A DNA stretch of 62,414 nt from Candidatus Giovannonibacteria bacterium. GTDB lineage: Bacteria > Patescibacteriota > Minisyncoccia > JACPKW01 > UBA11713. A program made the translations under genes and the position numbers. Each line of letters begins with the position of its first letter. Position 1 is the first letter of the stretch. The notes beneath the pieces were generated by a model. That model was not told the origin of the DNA. It ran no database searches and saw only the letters and a list, made by a program, of their open reading frames with translations. The stretch lies in contig JACOXM010000003.1 of NCBI GenBank assembly GCA_016176285.1, positions 1 to 62,414 of the forward strand, in the 5' to 3' direction. Below, piece after piece: positions 7,283-16,403 of the stretch.

Positions 7283-8029
7283 ATGAAAACATTAGAAAAT
7301 TCGCTTGGATATATTGGTTTTAAACCGAAAGAAGCAGAGATTTATTTGGCGCTTTTGGAGCTGGGGGAAGCTTCGATTATTCAGATTGCCAAAAAAGCGG
7401 GAATAAAGAGGACAACGGTTTATAACATCATCCCGGATTTTGTTAATCGAGGGCTTATTACTGCGGCGGTCAGAAAAAAGCGAAAAGTTTATTTCATTGA
7501 AGACCCGCGCTACCTCGCCACGGATTTGAAAGAAAAGGAAAGTGCAATAGATAAACTTATGCCGGAACTTTTGGCGATCCAGAATATTTTGCCGTCAAAG
7601 CCCCGAATTACATTTTACGAAGGGATTGGCGGGATGAAAGAGCTTTACCAAGACACGCTCAACAGCTTAAAAGTAGGGGATAAAATTTTAAGCTATACCG
7701 GCCTTTCAGATTTTTCCAAATTGATGCCGCAAGAATATAACGAATACTATATAAAAGAGAGAGTTAAGAAAAAAATTCGCATAAAAATTATCGCGTCCCC
7801 GTCGCCTACGGCGGAAGAATGGCAAAAAACAGCTGCCCCGGAGCTTCGCGAGATTAGGATTGTCCACGATATGCCATTTCGGTTTGATGCAGATACAGAG
7901 ATATATGCCAATAAAGTCGCATTGATTTCTTATCGGGAGAATTTTCTAGGCGTTATTATAGAGAGTAAAGAAATCAGCCAAATGCAAAGATCGGCGTTTG
8001 AATTGATGTGGAATTTGCTTTCGAAATAG
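7283..8029 (+). CDS. TrmB family transcriptional regulator
   Basis: 248-aa ORF with an N-terminal winged-HTH pattern (EAEIYLALLELGEASIIQIAKKAGIKRTTVYNI). It is divergent from the radical SAM gene. Confidence 0.7.
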   Translation: MKTLENSLGYIGFKPKEAEIYLALLELGEASIIQIAKKAGIKRTTVYNIIPDFVNRGLITAAVRKKRKVYFIEDPRYLATDLKEKESAIDKLMPELLAIQNILPSKPRITFYEGIGGMKELYQDTLNSLKVGDKILSYTGLSDFSKLMPQEYNEYYIKERVKKKIRIKIIASPSPTAEEWQKTAAPELREIRIVHDMPFRFDADTEIYANKVALISYRENFLGVIIESKEISQMQRSAFELMWNLLSK

Positions 8030-8054
8030 AGTATATTTTATAAATTATATGGAA

Positions 8055-8344
8055 TGAATCCCGTTAGAGATTAAAAAAGTTTATGTTTTATACTTACATT
8101 TTACAAAGCGCGAAAAGTGATTATTGGTATACGGGGAGTACAAAGGATCTACGGAAACGCTTTAATCAACATAATTCTGGAAAATCCTCCTATACAAAAA
8201 CCCGAGGACCATATAAACTTATTTATTACGAAGCTTGTTTAAATGAACAAGACGCAAGGTCGCGAGAATTATATTTAAAAAGTGGCATGGGCAAGCGCTA
8301 TCTTAAAAATAGATTAAAGCGTTTCCTATCTCTAACGGGATGAA
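8055..8344 (+). mobile_element. GIY-YIG mini-cassette: 13-bp terminal inverted repeats plus a putative TGAA target duplication
   Basis: TCCCGTTAGAGAT (8059-8071) is the reverse complement of ATCTCTAACGGGA (8328-8340). TGAA occurs at 8055-8058 and 8341-8344. Removing 8059-8344 restores GGAATGAACTGG, the permease start. Confidence 0.5.
8083..8343 (+). CDS. GIY-YIG nuclease family protein (UPF0213/YhbQ-like)
   Basis: 86-aa ORF with YTYILQS...YTGSTKDL..R...HN and a downstream E/R pattern typical of small GIY-YIG proteins. Confidence 0.75.
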   Translation: MFYTYILQSAKSDYWYTGSTKDLRKRFNQHNSGKSSYTKTRGPYKLIYYEACLNEQDARSRELYLKSGMGKRYLKNRLKRFLSLTG

Positions 8345-9104
8345 CTGGATAGGGCTACAAACTTTTATTACGCAGGAACTTTTGCGGATTAAGCGCGTCT
8401 GGGTACAGACGCTTATTGCGCCGTGGATTTCGGCACTTCTTTATATTTTGATTTTTGGGCAGGTGGTAGGGAGGAGGATTGGCATGATTGTGCCGGGGGT
8501 TTCGTATATTGATTTTGTCGTGCCGGGGCTTTTGATGTTGAACGTAATGCAGTCCGCGTTCGGACACACTTCGTCTTCGTTATACTTCCAAAGGTTCGTG
8601 CGGCACATCGAGGAATTATTGACGGCGCCCTTGTCGTACATGGAAATGATCGCGGGATATGTAACGTCCGGGATAACGCGGGGCGTAATCGTCGCGGCGG
8701 GTGTTTACACGATCGCGCTATTTTTTACGATAACGTCCGTAAGCCATCTTTTTCTTTTTATTTTTTACGCGGTATCGGTCGCGCTGATTTTCTCTTTGCT
8801 CGGGCTCTTGGTCGGATTATGGGCGGAGAGTTTCGAGCAGTTAATGATTCCGCAGACCTTTTTAATTATGCCGCTCACTTTTCTCGGGGGACTTTTTAAT
8901 TCGATTCATATGTTGCCGGAAAAATTCCAGTGGTTTGTGCGGATTAATCCGTTCTTTTATTTTGTCGACGGGCTTCGGTATTCTATGGTTGGCGTTTCCG
9001 AATCGAACAGGAATTTTGGAATTTTTCTAATTCTTGCTTTGGTAATCGGGCTTAGCACTTGGGTCTGGATATTATTCAAAAGGGGATATAAAATAAGGGC
9101 TTAA
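8340..9104 (+). CDS. ABC-2 type transporter permease
   Basis: 254-aa ORF with about six hydrophobic segments. It is the likely partner of the ATPase at 4796-5539. Confidence 0.75.
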   Translation: MNWIGLQTFITQELLRIKRVWVQTLIAPWISALLYILIFGQVVGRRIGMIVPGVSYIDFVVPGLLMLNVMQSAFGHTSSSLYFQRFVRHIEELLTAPLSYMEMIAGYVTSGITRGVIVAAGVYTIALFFTITSVSHLFLFIFYAVSVALIFSLLGLLVGLWAESFEQLMIPQTFLIMPLTFLGGLFNSIHMLPEKFQWFVRINPFFYFVDGLRYSMVGVSESNRNFGIFLILALVIGLSTWVWILFKRGYKIRA

Positions 9105-9119
9105 GAAAATTTAAACAAT

Positions 9120-9191
9120 GCGGCTGTAGTATAGTGGCCATTATGGCTGCCTTCCAAGCAGCAGATGCGGGTTCGACTCCCGCCAGCCGCA
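9120..9191 (+). tRNA. tRNA-Gly (anticodon TCC)
   Basis: Acceptor GCGGCTG/CAGCCGC, anticodon stem GCTGC/GCAGC with loop CTTCCAA, T arm GCGGG-TTCGACT-CCCGC. Confidence 0.85.
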
Positions 9192-9216
9192 CACAGTAAA
9201 TCATAAAACGAAAAAT

Positions 9217-9237
9217 GCCCGGAGAGCCGGGCTTTTT
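9217..9237. terminator. Intrinsic terminator (bidirectional)
   Basis: GCCCGG-AGAG-CCGGGC hairpin, with an A-run before and TTTTT after. Confidence 0.65.
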
Positions 9238-9255
9238 CGAATGATAAGTTTATAT

Positions 9256-9501
9256 TTATCTTCCGCGCCTGCGGTGGTTGTGTATTCCTTCGTTGTGTTC
9301 GTGTTCAACTTCAAGGCCTGCGGCTACTTCCGCGTCGCGGCCACGGACTTCCACTGATTCCGTGCCCCTGCCCCGTAGTTCCGCCTCGTGCCTGACTTCG
9401 TTTTCCACCTCTTTCGCAGAGGCAATGCCTATTAAACCCGCAGAGGCTAAAAGGGCAATGGTGGCTATGGATAAGGATTCACGGATAAATTTGTTTTTCA
9501 T
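9256..9501 (-). CDS. Small secreted hypothetical protein
   Basis: 81-aa ORF with a signal-peptide-like N-terminus (IATIALLASAGLIGIASA) and a charged His/Arg-rich C-terminus. It is the last gene of the sigma / anti-sigma-like operon. Confidence 0.45.
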   Translation of the reverse strand: MKNKFIRESLSIATIALLASAGLIGIASAKEVENEVRHEAELRGRGTESVEVRGRDAEVAAGLEVEHEHNEGIHNHRRRGR

Positions 9502-9575
9502 AATATACTCTAAATATTATTTCTTCTTGCGACCTTTCTGTTATTGAAGCCGCAACTTTTTAGAATCTATTACAC

Positions 9576-10175
9576 TCAATACATATTCAACTTTTGGTCG
9601 GCTATTTTTTCGTATTCTTCAATTTGACGCAAAAATGCTTGAGCATTTTCTTTTTTAGCCAAGTCAGCTAATTCGTGCAGCATCGTATCAAATTTTAAAT
9701 AAAGCTTTTTACATTCTTCCGTTGTATATTTACCGGCCTCTCCAGTGAGGTTCAATTTTCCGAGCTCTTCATTAGTGATCGCCGTCGCTTTCTCGAGTTC
9801 TCCGGAACCGACTCTCGAGGGATTCTTACTAAATCTTTCAAACTCGCCTTCTGCGAAATTTAAGGCAAGCTCTGCCTTTCTATACTGATTCCCTGCTGCC
9901 ATTATACGGATTTGGTTTACGGAGTATCTTACTTGCGTATTTAGCGGTTCGTAAAAAGCCGCGCTAAGCGCGAAGAGAAGAAGCGCCGCTATAGCGCCGG
10001 ATAAAATTAAATGGCTGAATGGCCAGTAAATAAAATAAGGCGACTGCTGCGGTTTTTCTTTTTTGGCGGCTTCGATGCGCGCAAAAACTTCTTTTTTTAA
10101 AAGCGAAAGCTCTGGCTGTTTGGGGCCGAGTTTTTTAAGTTTTTTTATTTGTTCAATTATTTCTTCTTCGTTCAT
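9576..10175 (-). CDS. Membrane-anchored hypothetical protein (possible anti-sigma factor)
   Basis: 199-aa ORF with a single TM segment. It overlaps the upstream sigma gene by 4 nt. Confidence 0.45.
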   Translation of the reverse strand: MNEEEIIEQIKKLKKLGPKQPELSLLKKEVFARIEAAKKEKPQQSPYFIYWPFSHLILSGAIAALLLFALSAAFYEPLNTQVRYSVNQIRIMAAGNQYRKAELALNFAEGEFERFSKNPSRVGSGELEKATAITNEELGKLNLTGEAGKYTTEECKKLYLKFDTMLHELADLAKKENAQAFLRQIEEYEKIADQKLNMY

Positions 10176-10693
10176 ACGTATTCCCTAAGCTTTTTTAATG
10201 CCCGGTGGATTACAACCCGCGTGGCGTTTTCGCTTTTATTTAAAATTGCTGAAATTTCCGGAATTGAAAGCTCGTCTATGTAGTACATATTAAGCGCGTC
10301 GCGATCTTCATCGCGTAGTTTCGACATAGCCTGCAAAATATGCTCCGATTGATACTTTGTTTCGGCGATTTCTTGCAGATTTTCTCCTGAGGGCAGCATA
10401 GATTCCGGTATCTGGTCGAGCGACATGTTTTTATTTTGCGATTTTCGGTAATGATCGACTACGAGCCCCCTCGCGATCGTATACAAGAGGGCGCGTTCGT
10501 TTCGTATTTCTTCGCCCCGGGACATTTTTTGCCAAAGTTTCACGAAAGCCTGCGCAGTAATATCTTCCGCGGCGGCGTAATCTGAAACCTTGAAAAATAT
10601 GAAGCGCAATATCGTTCCCGAGTAAAGCTCATAGGCTTTTTCAAGCGCTATTTTATTGTCGGTTTCTTCCATACCCGAAGCCGTTATATGCAC
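10172..10693 (-). CDS. ECF-type sigma-70 family RNA polymerase sigma factor
   Basis: 173-aa ORF with sigma-70 region 2 and region 4 patterns (ISAILNKSENATRVVIHRALKKLR). Confidence 0.75.
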   Translation of the reverse strand: MHITASGMEETDNKIALEKAYELYSGTILRFIFFKVSDYAAAEDITAQAFVKLWQKMSRGEEIRNERALLYTIARGLVVDHYRKSQNKNMSLDQIPESMLPSGENLQEIAETKYQSEHILQAMSKLRDEDRDALNMYYIDELSIPEISAILNKSENATRVVIHRALKKLREYV

Positions 10694-10798
10694 GAGTTTA
10701 TTACACTAATTTAACACGGAGTAAGAGAAAAACAATAATATGCGTCTTCTAAGAAAAGGCCGATTTTTTATTAATGAATAATAATTAATTTATTTTTT

Positions 10799-11179
10799 AT
10801 GCTTGGAGATTATGAAGTGATGGCCAATTTGCCTGCGGTGGACTTAGGGCGCGCGAAGGAATTCTATGAAGATAAGCTTGGATTAAAATGCATAAAAGAA
10901 GACGAGTATCAGATTACCCTTGAAGCCGCAAATGACACAAAAATCAATCTTTATAAGCGCGCTCCCACCAAAGCAGACCACACTGCGGCGGCATTTTTTG
11001 GGATCGAGGATTTGGAAGATCTAGTTTCTGATTTAAGGAATAGCGGAGTGGTGTTTGAGGAATATGATATGCCTGGGCTCAAGACCGTAAACGGCATTGC
11101 GACCATGGGGGATATAAAAGCGGCGTGGTTCAAGGATTCGGAAGGAAATATCATCTGCATCGGCACGGAGATGTTTTGA
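10799..11179 (+). CDS. VOC (glyoxalase/bleomycin resistance) family protein
   Basis: 126-aa ORF with a pattern typical of the vicinal oxygen chelate fold (FYEDKLGL ... WFKDSEGNI). Confidence 0.6.
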   Translation: MLGDYEVMANLPAVDLGRAKEFYEDKLGLKCIKEDEYQITLEAANDTKINLYKRAPTKADHTAAAFFGIEDLEDLVSDLRNSGVVFEEYDMPGLKTVNGIATMGDIKAAWFKDSEGNIICIGTEMF

Positions 11180-11203
11180 AAATTTTCATCGAACGCTCAA
11201 AAA

Positions 11204-11230
11204 ATCCCCCTGTTGCAGGGGGATTTTTTA
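11204..11230. terminator. Intrinsic terminator
   Basis: ATCCCCCTG-TTG-CAGGGGGAT 9-bp stem followed by TTTTTT, with an A-run upstream. Confidence 0.75.
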
Positions 11231-11279
11231 TATTTTATTGTTTAGTAAAGTACTAAAACTAACCAGGAGGTAAGAAAAA

Positions 11280-11933
11280 ATGAGCCAAGCTTTAAAAATT
11301 TTAGAGAGGGTCGGTGCAATCTTGCGAAACGACCATTTCGTTTATACGAACTGGCTACACGGATCTGAATACGTGCTGAAGGACGCGCTCTTGCCGCACG
11401 TGGAGGACACGTCGAAAATCTGCAGCTATATTGCAAGCCACTTCACCCGAAATTACCGTTTTCTCGGGGACGAGCAAAAGATTCAAGTCGTTGCGGCTCC
11501 AGCTGTAGGTGCGGTAGCGCTCGGGTCATGGGTGGCGTACTGGCTTTCCATGTATTCCGGGAAAAAAACTCTTTTCGTATATGCTGATAAGACCCCCGAT
11601 GGTTCGTTTATCTTCAAACGGGGGTATGGAAAATATCTCTACGGAAAAAACGTTCTCGTGGTTGAGGACGTCTTAACCACCGGAGGATCCGCAAAAAAAG
11701 TTGTCGAGGCCGTAAAGCTTGCGTCAGGCACAGTTCTCGGCGTCGGAGCTCTTTGTAATCGGGGAGATATTACGGCGAAGGACGTCGGGGATGTTCCCGA
11801 ACTACATTCGCTGACGGAAATTCGGATGCAAGCTTGGCTAGGGACGGATTGCCCGCTGTGTAAAAAGGGAGTCCCAGTTAACGAAGAAATTGGCCATGGA
11901 TCCGAATTTGTGAAGCGGAGAGCCGCCGCGTAA
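11280..11933 (+). CDS. Phosphoribosyltransferase (PyrE/orotate PRTase-like)
   Basis: 217-aa ORF with the PRPP-binding motif VLVVEDVLTTGGSA, preceded by the AGGAGG RBS. Confidence 0.6.
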   Translation: MSQALKILERVGAILRNDHFVYTNWLHGSEYVLKDALLPHVEDTSKICSYIASHFTRNYRFLGDEQKIQVVAAPAVGAVALGSWVAYWLSMYSGKKTLFVYADKTPDGSFIFKRGYGKYLYGKNVLVVEDVLTTGGSAKKVVEAVKLASGTVLGVGALCNRGDITAKDVGDVPELHSLTEIRMQAWLGTDCPLCKKGVPVNEEIGHGSEFVKRRAAA

Positions 11934-11942
11934 TCAAATCAA

Positions 11943-11969
11943 AAGGGCACCCTTTCGGGCGCCCTTTTA
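11943..11969. terminator. Intrinsic terminator between convergent genes
   Basis: AAGGGCACCC-TTTC-GGGCGCCCTT hairpin (one mismatch), flanked by A and T runs. Confidence 0.55.
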
Positions 11970-11992
11970 AAATTTCCGTATTCTCCGATTTA

Positions 11993-12280
11993 TTATTTTA
12001 CCGCGTCCTTGAGACCTTTGCCTGCTTTGAATTTCGGGACTTTCATAGCCGGTACGTTTACAGTCGCGCCGGTTTTCGGGTTGCGGGCTGTTCTTGCTTT
12101 GCGGTTTTTCACGACAAAGGATCCAAATCCCGCGATCGAAACCTCGTCGCCCTTTTTCAGGCAGTCCGCAATCGAGTCAAAAACAAAATCGACGACTTCT
12201 TCTGCGTGCTTTTTGGAAACTTCGACTCCTTTTTTGGAGTGAAGGTCCCATAATTTCTGTGCTAGTTCAGCTTTATTCAT
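11993..12280 (-). CDS. hup: HU family DNA-binding protein
   Basis: 95-aa ORF, MNKAELAQKL... with the GFGSF..K.R.AR.ARNP.TG pattern. Confidence 0.9.
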   Translation of the reverse strand: MNKAELAQKLWDLHSKKGVEVSKKHAEEVVDFVFDSIADCLKKGDEVSIAGFGSFVVKNRKARTARNPKTGATVNVPAMKVPKFKAGKGLKDAVK

Positions 12281-12354
12281 TTAACTTAAATAAATTCTAT
12301 CAAACGACCTTTATCATTGTCTAAAAACCATTATAACACAAAGCAAATTAGGCA

Positions 12355-13884
12355 CTACCTCGCGTATTCCACAACCCTGTTTTCGCGGATTACCTGGACT
12401 TTAATCTCTCCCGGGTATTTAAGCTCCTGTTCGATGCGGTTTGCGATATCCCTTGCAAGCGTTTTCATTTCAAGATCGGAAATTCTCTCTGGAGTCACGA
12501 ATACCCTGATTTCCCTTCCGGCCTGAATTGCGTAAGATTTTTCAACGGTATCGAAAGATAAGGCAATTCTCTCCAAATCTTCAAGCCTCTTGATGTAATT
12601 TTCAATTGAATCTCTTCTTGCCCCTGGACGCGAAGCCGAAATAGCGTCCGCAGTTTGGACGATTATCGATTCAAGCGTTTCGTAGGGATATTCTTCGTGG
12701 TGGGATTGCATAGCAATGATAACTTTTTGGTCCACATTGAATTTTTGGAGGATTCTCCTTCCTATTTCCACGTGTGTTCCCTGGATTTCATGGTCCACGG
12801 CTTTTCCTATGTCGTGCAGAAGCGCGCCTTTTTTCGCGATTGCGACATCGCCGCCGAGTTCGGAGGCGAGCATGCCTGCCACGTGCGTCATTTCAATGGA
12901 ATGTTGCAAAACATTTTGCCCATAGGATGTCCGGAATTTTAATCTGCCGAGAAGCATCAAGAGGCGCGGATCAATGTCGAAAATCCCAACTTCGAACGAG
13001 GCTTTTTCTCCCGCGTCCTTAATCATTTTTTCAACGTCGTTTTTGGCTTTTTCAACCATCTCCTCGATTTTTGCGGGCTGAATTCGCCCGTCCAAAATTA
13101 GGTTTTCCAAAGCAATTCTGGCGACTTGCCTGCGCACGGGGTCAAAGCTCGAAATAACAACTGATCCGGGCGTGTCGTCCACGATTATTTCAACTCCCGC
13201 AGCGCGTTCGAGCGCTCTGATGTTTCTGCCTTCTTTGCCGATAATTTTTCCCTTGATGTCGTCAGATGGAATATTTACCGCGGTAGTTGTAACTTCGGAC
13301 GCGGTGGAGGACGCGATTCTCTGGATAACTGAAGCTAAAATGTCCCGGGCTTTTTGCTCGAGCTTATCCTGCCCGAATAATTCAACTTTCTGAATCCTGG
13401 CGAGAATATCAGTTTCAAATTTTTTCTCGACCGCGTCCAGGAGTTCCTTTTTGGCCTCGTCTTCCGAAAGGTTGGCTATTTTTTGAAGTTCTTCCTGTTT
13501 TCTTTTATCTAAATTTTCCGCCTCCTCCCTGATTTTTCTTACCTCTTCCACTTTCTTTTTTAGGCTCTCTACGTCCTGCTCAAAAACGGCCCTCCTTTTT
13601 TCGAGTGCTTCGTCTTTTTCCAGAACCTTTTCTTCTAATTTTCTTAGCTGGCTTTCACGCTCTTTTGTCTCCTGCTTCGATTTATCAAGTATTTCCTCTG
13701 CGCGATTTTTTGCATCTTCAACTGTTTTGACTGACTGGTTTTTCGCATCCAGCAGTATAGATTTTACCTCTACTTCGAGAGAATTTTTTCGATATTGCGC
13801 TATTATTTGGCGCAGGAAATAGCCGAGAACCGTTCCCCCGGCCACAGACATGAGCGCCACCAGCCACGGTGACGATAAGATCAT
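12355..13884 (-). CDS. rny: Ribonuclease Y
   Basis: 509-aa ORF with an N-terminal TM, coiled-coil, KH domain (GKIIGKEGRNIRALE) and HD domain (LLHDIGKA). Confidence 0.9.
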   Translation of the reverse strand: MILSSPWLVALMSVAGGTVLGYFLRQIIAQYRKNSLEVEVKSILLDAKNQSVKTVEDAKNRAEEILDKSKQETKERESQLRKLEEKVLEKDEALEKRRAVFEQDVESLKKKVEEVRKIREEAENLDKRKQEELQKIANLSEDEAKKELLDAVEKKFETDILARIQKVELFGQDKLEQKARDILASVIQRIASSTASEVTTTAVNIPSDDIKGKIIGKEGRNIRALERAAGVEIIVDDTPGSVVISSFDPVRRQVARIALENLILDGRIQPAKIEEMVEKAKNDVEKMIKDAGEKASFEVGIFDIDPRLLMLLGRLKFRTSYGQNVLQHSIEMTHVAGMLASELGGDVAIAKKGALLHDIGKAVDHEIQGTHVEIGRRILQKFNVDQKVIIAMQSHHEEYPYETLESIIVQTADAISASRPGARRDSIENYIKRLEDLERIALSFDTVEKSYAIQAGREIRVFVTPERISDLEMKTLARDIANRIEQELKYPGEIKVQVIRENRVVEYAR

Positions 13885-13991
13885 AGTGTTTTTTGGGATT
13901 TAAAATGATTTCCAAAAATAAATCAAAAAGAAATAATACCCGAATAATATCAGAAGTTTTCGAATTAGGCAACAGATGATAAAATAGCGAA

Positions 13992-15554
13992 ATGATAGTG
14001 CTTGTAATTATGGATGGCCTTGGTATGACGCAAGATTCGGAGTCTACCCTCTGGCTCGCTAAAAGAGATAATTTTGACCGTTTCGAAAAATACTTTCCCT
14101 TCACGACACTTCAGGCCTCCGGCATAGCGGTTGGTCTTTCCTGGGGTGAGGCTGGCAACTCGGAGGTGGGGCACCTGACCTTGGGCGCCGGAAAAACCAT
14201 TTACCATCATCTCCCGAGGATTTCTATATCAATCCAAGACGGCAGTTTTTTTGAAAATGAAACCCTTAAAAAAGCATCCCAAAAAGTCAAAAATAGCGGG
14301 GGCGCCTTGCATTTAATCGGACTTTTCTCTTCCGGGTCAGTCCACGCCTACCCGGACCACCTTTACGCGCTCTTGGAGTTCGCGAAGAGGGAGGGGCTTC
14401 CTAAAGTAAAACTCCATCTTTTTACGGACGGTCGAGATGCGCCGCCCAAGGAATCTGGAAAATTTATTGAATCGCTGGATTTTAGGATTTCAAAACTTTA
14501 TCCGTTTGCTAAAATAAGTTCCTTGATTGGGAGGGAATACGCGATGGACAGAGATGGGGATTGGCTTAAAATTGAAAAAACTTACAACCTATTAGCGAGG
14601 GGCGAGGGCAATGTTTTTGAAAACGCCTCGCAATATATCAACAGCCAATATGATAAAGGGCTTACGGATGAATTTATCGAAGCGGGTTTTTCCGGGGGAG
14701 ATGATTCGCGGATAAGAAAGGGCGACGCCGCGATATTTTTTAATTTCCGCGAGGATTCCGCCAGGGAATTGACATCTGCGTTCGTGGATACGAGTTTTGA
14801 TAAATTTCCGCGCCAAAAAGTAGAGGAACTTTTTTTCGTAACAATGACGGAATATCAGGAAAGGTCCCAGGCGCTTGCCGCTTTCGGGCCGCTCGATATA
14901 ACGTCGCCTCTTGCGAAAATTCTTTCTGAAAATAAATTAAGGCAGTTTCATATTGCCGAAACGGATAAGTACGCGCACGTTACATATTTTTTTAACGGCG
15001 GAAATGAAAATCCGTATCCCGGGGAAGACCGGCTCCTGATTCCTTCCTTGCCTAGCTCGCAGTACGAAAGAAATCCGGAAATGTCCGCGAGGAAAATAAC
15101 CGAAGAAGTCCTCTCTCGAATGGTAAATTTTGATTTCATTCTTGTTAATTATGCAAACGCTGACATGGTCGGGCATACTGGAGATTTTGAGGCAACCGTT
15201 AAAGCTTTGGAGGTTTTGAATGGAGAGATCGCAAAAATTGCGGAAAAGGTTCTTTCAAGAGACGACATTCTTATAATTACCGGGGACCATGGGAATGCGG
15301 AAGAAAAAAGATACCGGGTTTCTGGGGAAAAAAGAACCAAGCACAGTACGAATCCAGTCCCATTCTATTTGATAAGTAAAAAATTTGAACGCGAAGAGCC
15401 TAGATCAAGCGCGGAAATTACACAGCTCCATAACAAAGTCGGCGGGGTTATCTCTGACGTCGCCCCGACGATCCTCGAACTTTTGGGAATTCCCAAACCC
15501 CCCGACATGGCCGGCGTCTCCCTTCTCGAAGAACTACAAGTAAAAATAAAATAA
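13992..15554 (+). CDS. gpmI: 2,3-bisphosphoglycerate-independent phosphoglycerate mutase
   Basis: 520-aa ORF with iPGM patterns (NSEVGHLTLGAG, ADMVGHTG, TGDHGNAE). Confidence 0.85.
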   Translation: MIVLVIMDGLGMTQDSESTLWLAKRDNFDRFEKYFPFTTLQASGIAVGLSWGEAGNSEVGHLTLGAGKTIYHHLPRISISIQDGSFFENETLKKASQKVKNSGGALHLIGLFSSGSVHAYPDHLYALLEFAKREGLPKVKLHLFTDGRDAPPKESGKFIESLDFRISKLYPFAKISSLIGREYAMDRDGDWLKIEKTYNLLARGEGNVFENASQYINSQYDKGLTDEFIEAGFSGGDDSRIRKGDAAIFFNFREDSARELTSAFVDTSFDKFPRQKVEELFFVTMTEYQERSQALAAFGPLDITSPLAKILSENKLRQFHIAETDKYAHVTYFFNGGNENPYPGEDRLLIPSLPSSQYERNPEMSARKITEEVLSRMVNFDFILVNYANADMVGHTGDFEATVKALEVLNGEIAKIAEKVLSRDDILIITGDHGNAEEKRYRVSGEKRTKHSTNPVPFYLISKKFEREEPRSSAEITQLHNKVGGVISDVAPTILELLGIPKPPDMAGVSLLEELQVKIK

Positions 15555-15656
15555 AAAACCGGAAGTAAGAGGGGTCTTGGGCACAGGGCCATTATCCCCG
15601 TGAGGGGCCCCCAGAAGGAGGGACTAGGGAGACTCCTCCTACTTCCGGTTTTTTAT
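15554..15656. terminator. About 100-nt compound GC-rich hairpin between convergent gpmI and clpP (probable bidirectional terminator)
   Basis: Outer stem AACCGGAAGTA.GAGG / CCTC.TACTTCCGGTT, flanked by an A-run and a T-run. The interior contains further GC-rich pairings, including GGGGCCCC. Confidence 0.5.
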
Positions 15657-15665
15657 AATTTCTGT

Positions 15666-16301
15666 TTATTTTTTGCTTTTGCTTTCCGCGGCCCCCGACC
15701 CGTTTTTTGTTTTTATTATTTGATCTACAATTCCGTACACTTTTGCTTCGGGCGCGTCCATATAAAAATCTCTGTCCGTATCTTTTTCTATTTTACTAAG
15801 AGGCTGGCCGGTGTGGCGAGAAATGATTTTATTTACTTTGTCCCTGATTCTTATGATGTGGTCAGCGGTAATTTTTATATCCGTGGCCTGCCCTTCCGCA
15901 GCGCCAAACACCTGGTGTATCATAATTTCGGAATTGGGGAGGGCATAGCGTTTGCCGCTCTCTCCGGCTGCCAATAAAACTGCTGCTGCGGACGCGGCAA
16001 AGCCGACGCATATCGTGGAAACGTTTGGCTTTATATGCTGCATTGCGTCGTATATTGCAAGAGCAGCGGAGACGGAGCCACCAGGTGAATTAATGTATAA
16101 GTTTATGTCTTTTTTTGGGTCTTCGTGCTGAAGGAAAAGAAGTTGTGCTATAACGGTGTTAGCAACAGCGTCATTAATCGGGCCGCCGAGAAAAATAATA
16201 CGTTCCTTAAGCAGCCGCGAGTAAATATCGTAAGCCCGCTCGCCGAAATTTGTTTTTTCAATAACTGTCGGGATTAAAATTTGATTGTATTCTTCGTTCA
16301 T
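15666..16301 (-). CDS. clpP: ATP-dependent Clp protease proteolytic subunit
   Basis: ClpP pattern (IINSPGGSV, catalytic-type GFAASAA, MIHQ). I chose the ATG at 16301; the longer ORF to 16337 starts with TTG. Confidence 0.85.
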   Translation of the reverse strand: MNEEYNQILIPTVIEKTNFGERAYDIYSRLLKERIIFLGGPINDAVANTVIAQLLFLQHEDPKKDINLYINSPGGSVSAALAIYDAMQHIKPNVSTICVGFAASAAAVLLAAGESGKRYALPNSEIMIHQVFGAAEGQATDIKITADHIIRIRDKVNKIISRHTGQPLSKIEKDTDRDFYMDAPEAKVYGIVDQIIKTKNGSGAAESKSKK

Positions 16302-16403
16302 AAAAGTAAAGTTACTATTAGAAAAAACAAAAGTCAAATTAGATCCTCGACAAATTTGTTATTTGGTGCTAGCATTCACGCGAATAAATTCGGAGGTGCG
16401 CAC

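Noticed and set aside
15554-15656. The large hairpin as SRP (4.5S) RNA because of CCGGAAG, which resembles the GGAA-tetraloop region
   Set aside because: The CCGGAAG occurs in both arms simply because the arms are complementary. The GGAA is not in a loop position, and the conserved AGCA/symmetric-loop context of SRP domain IV is absent.
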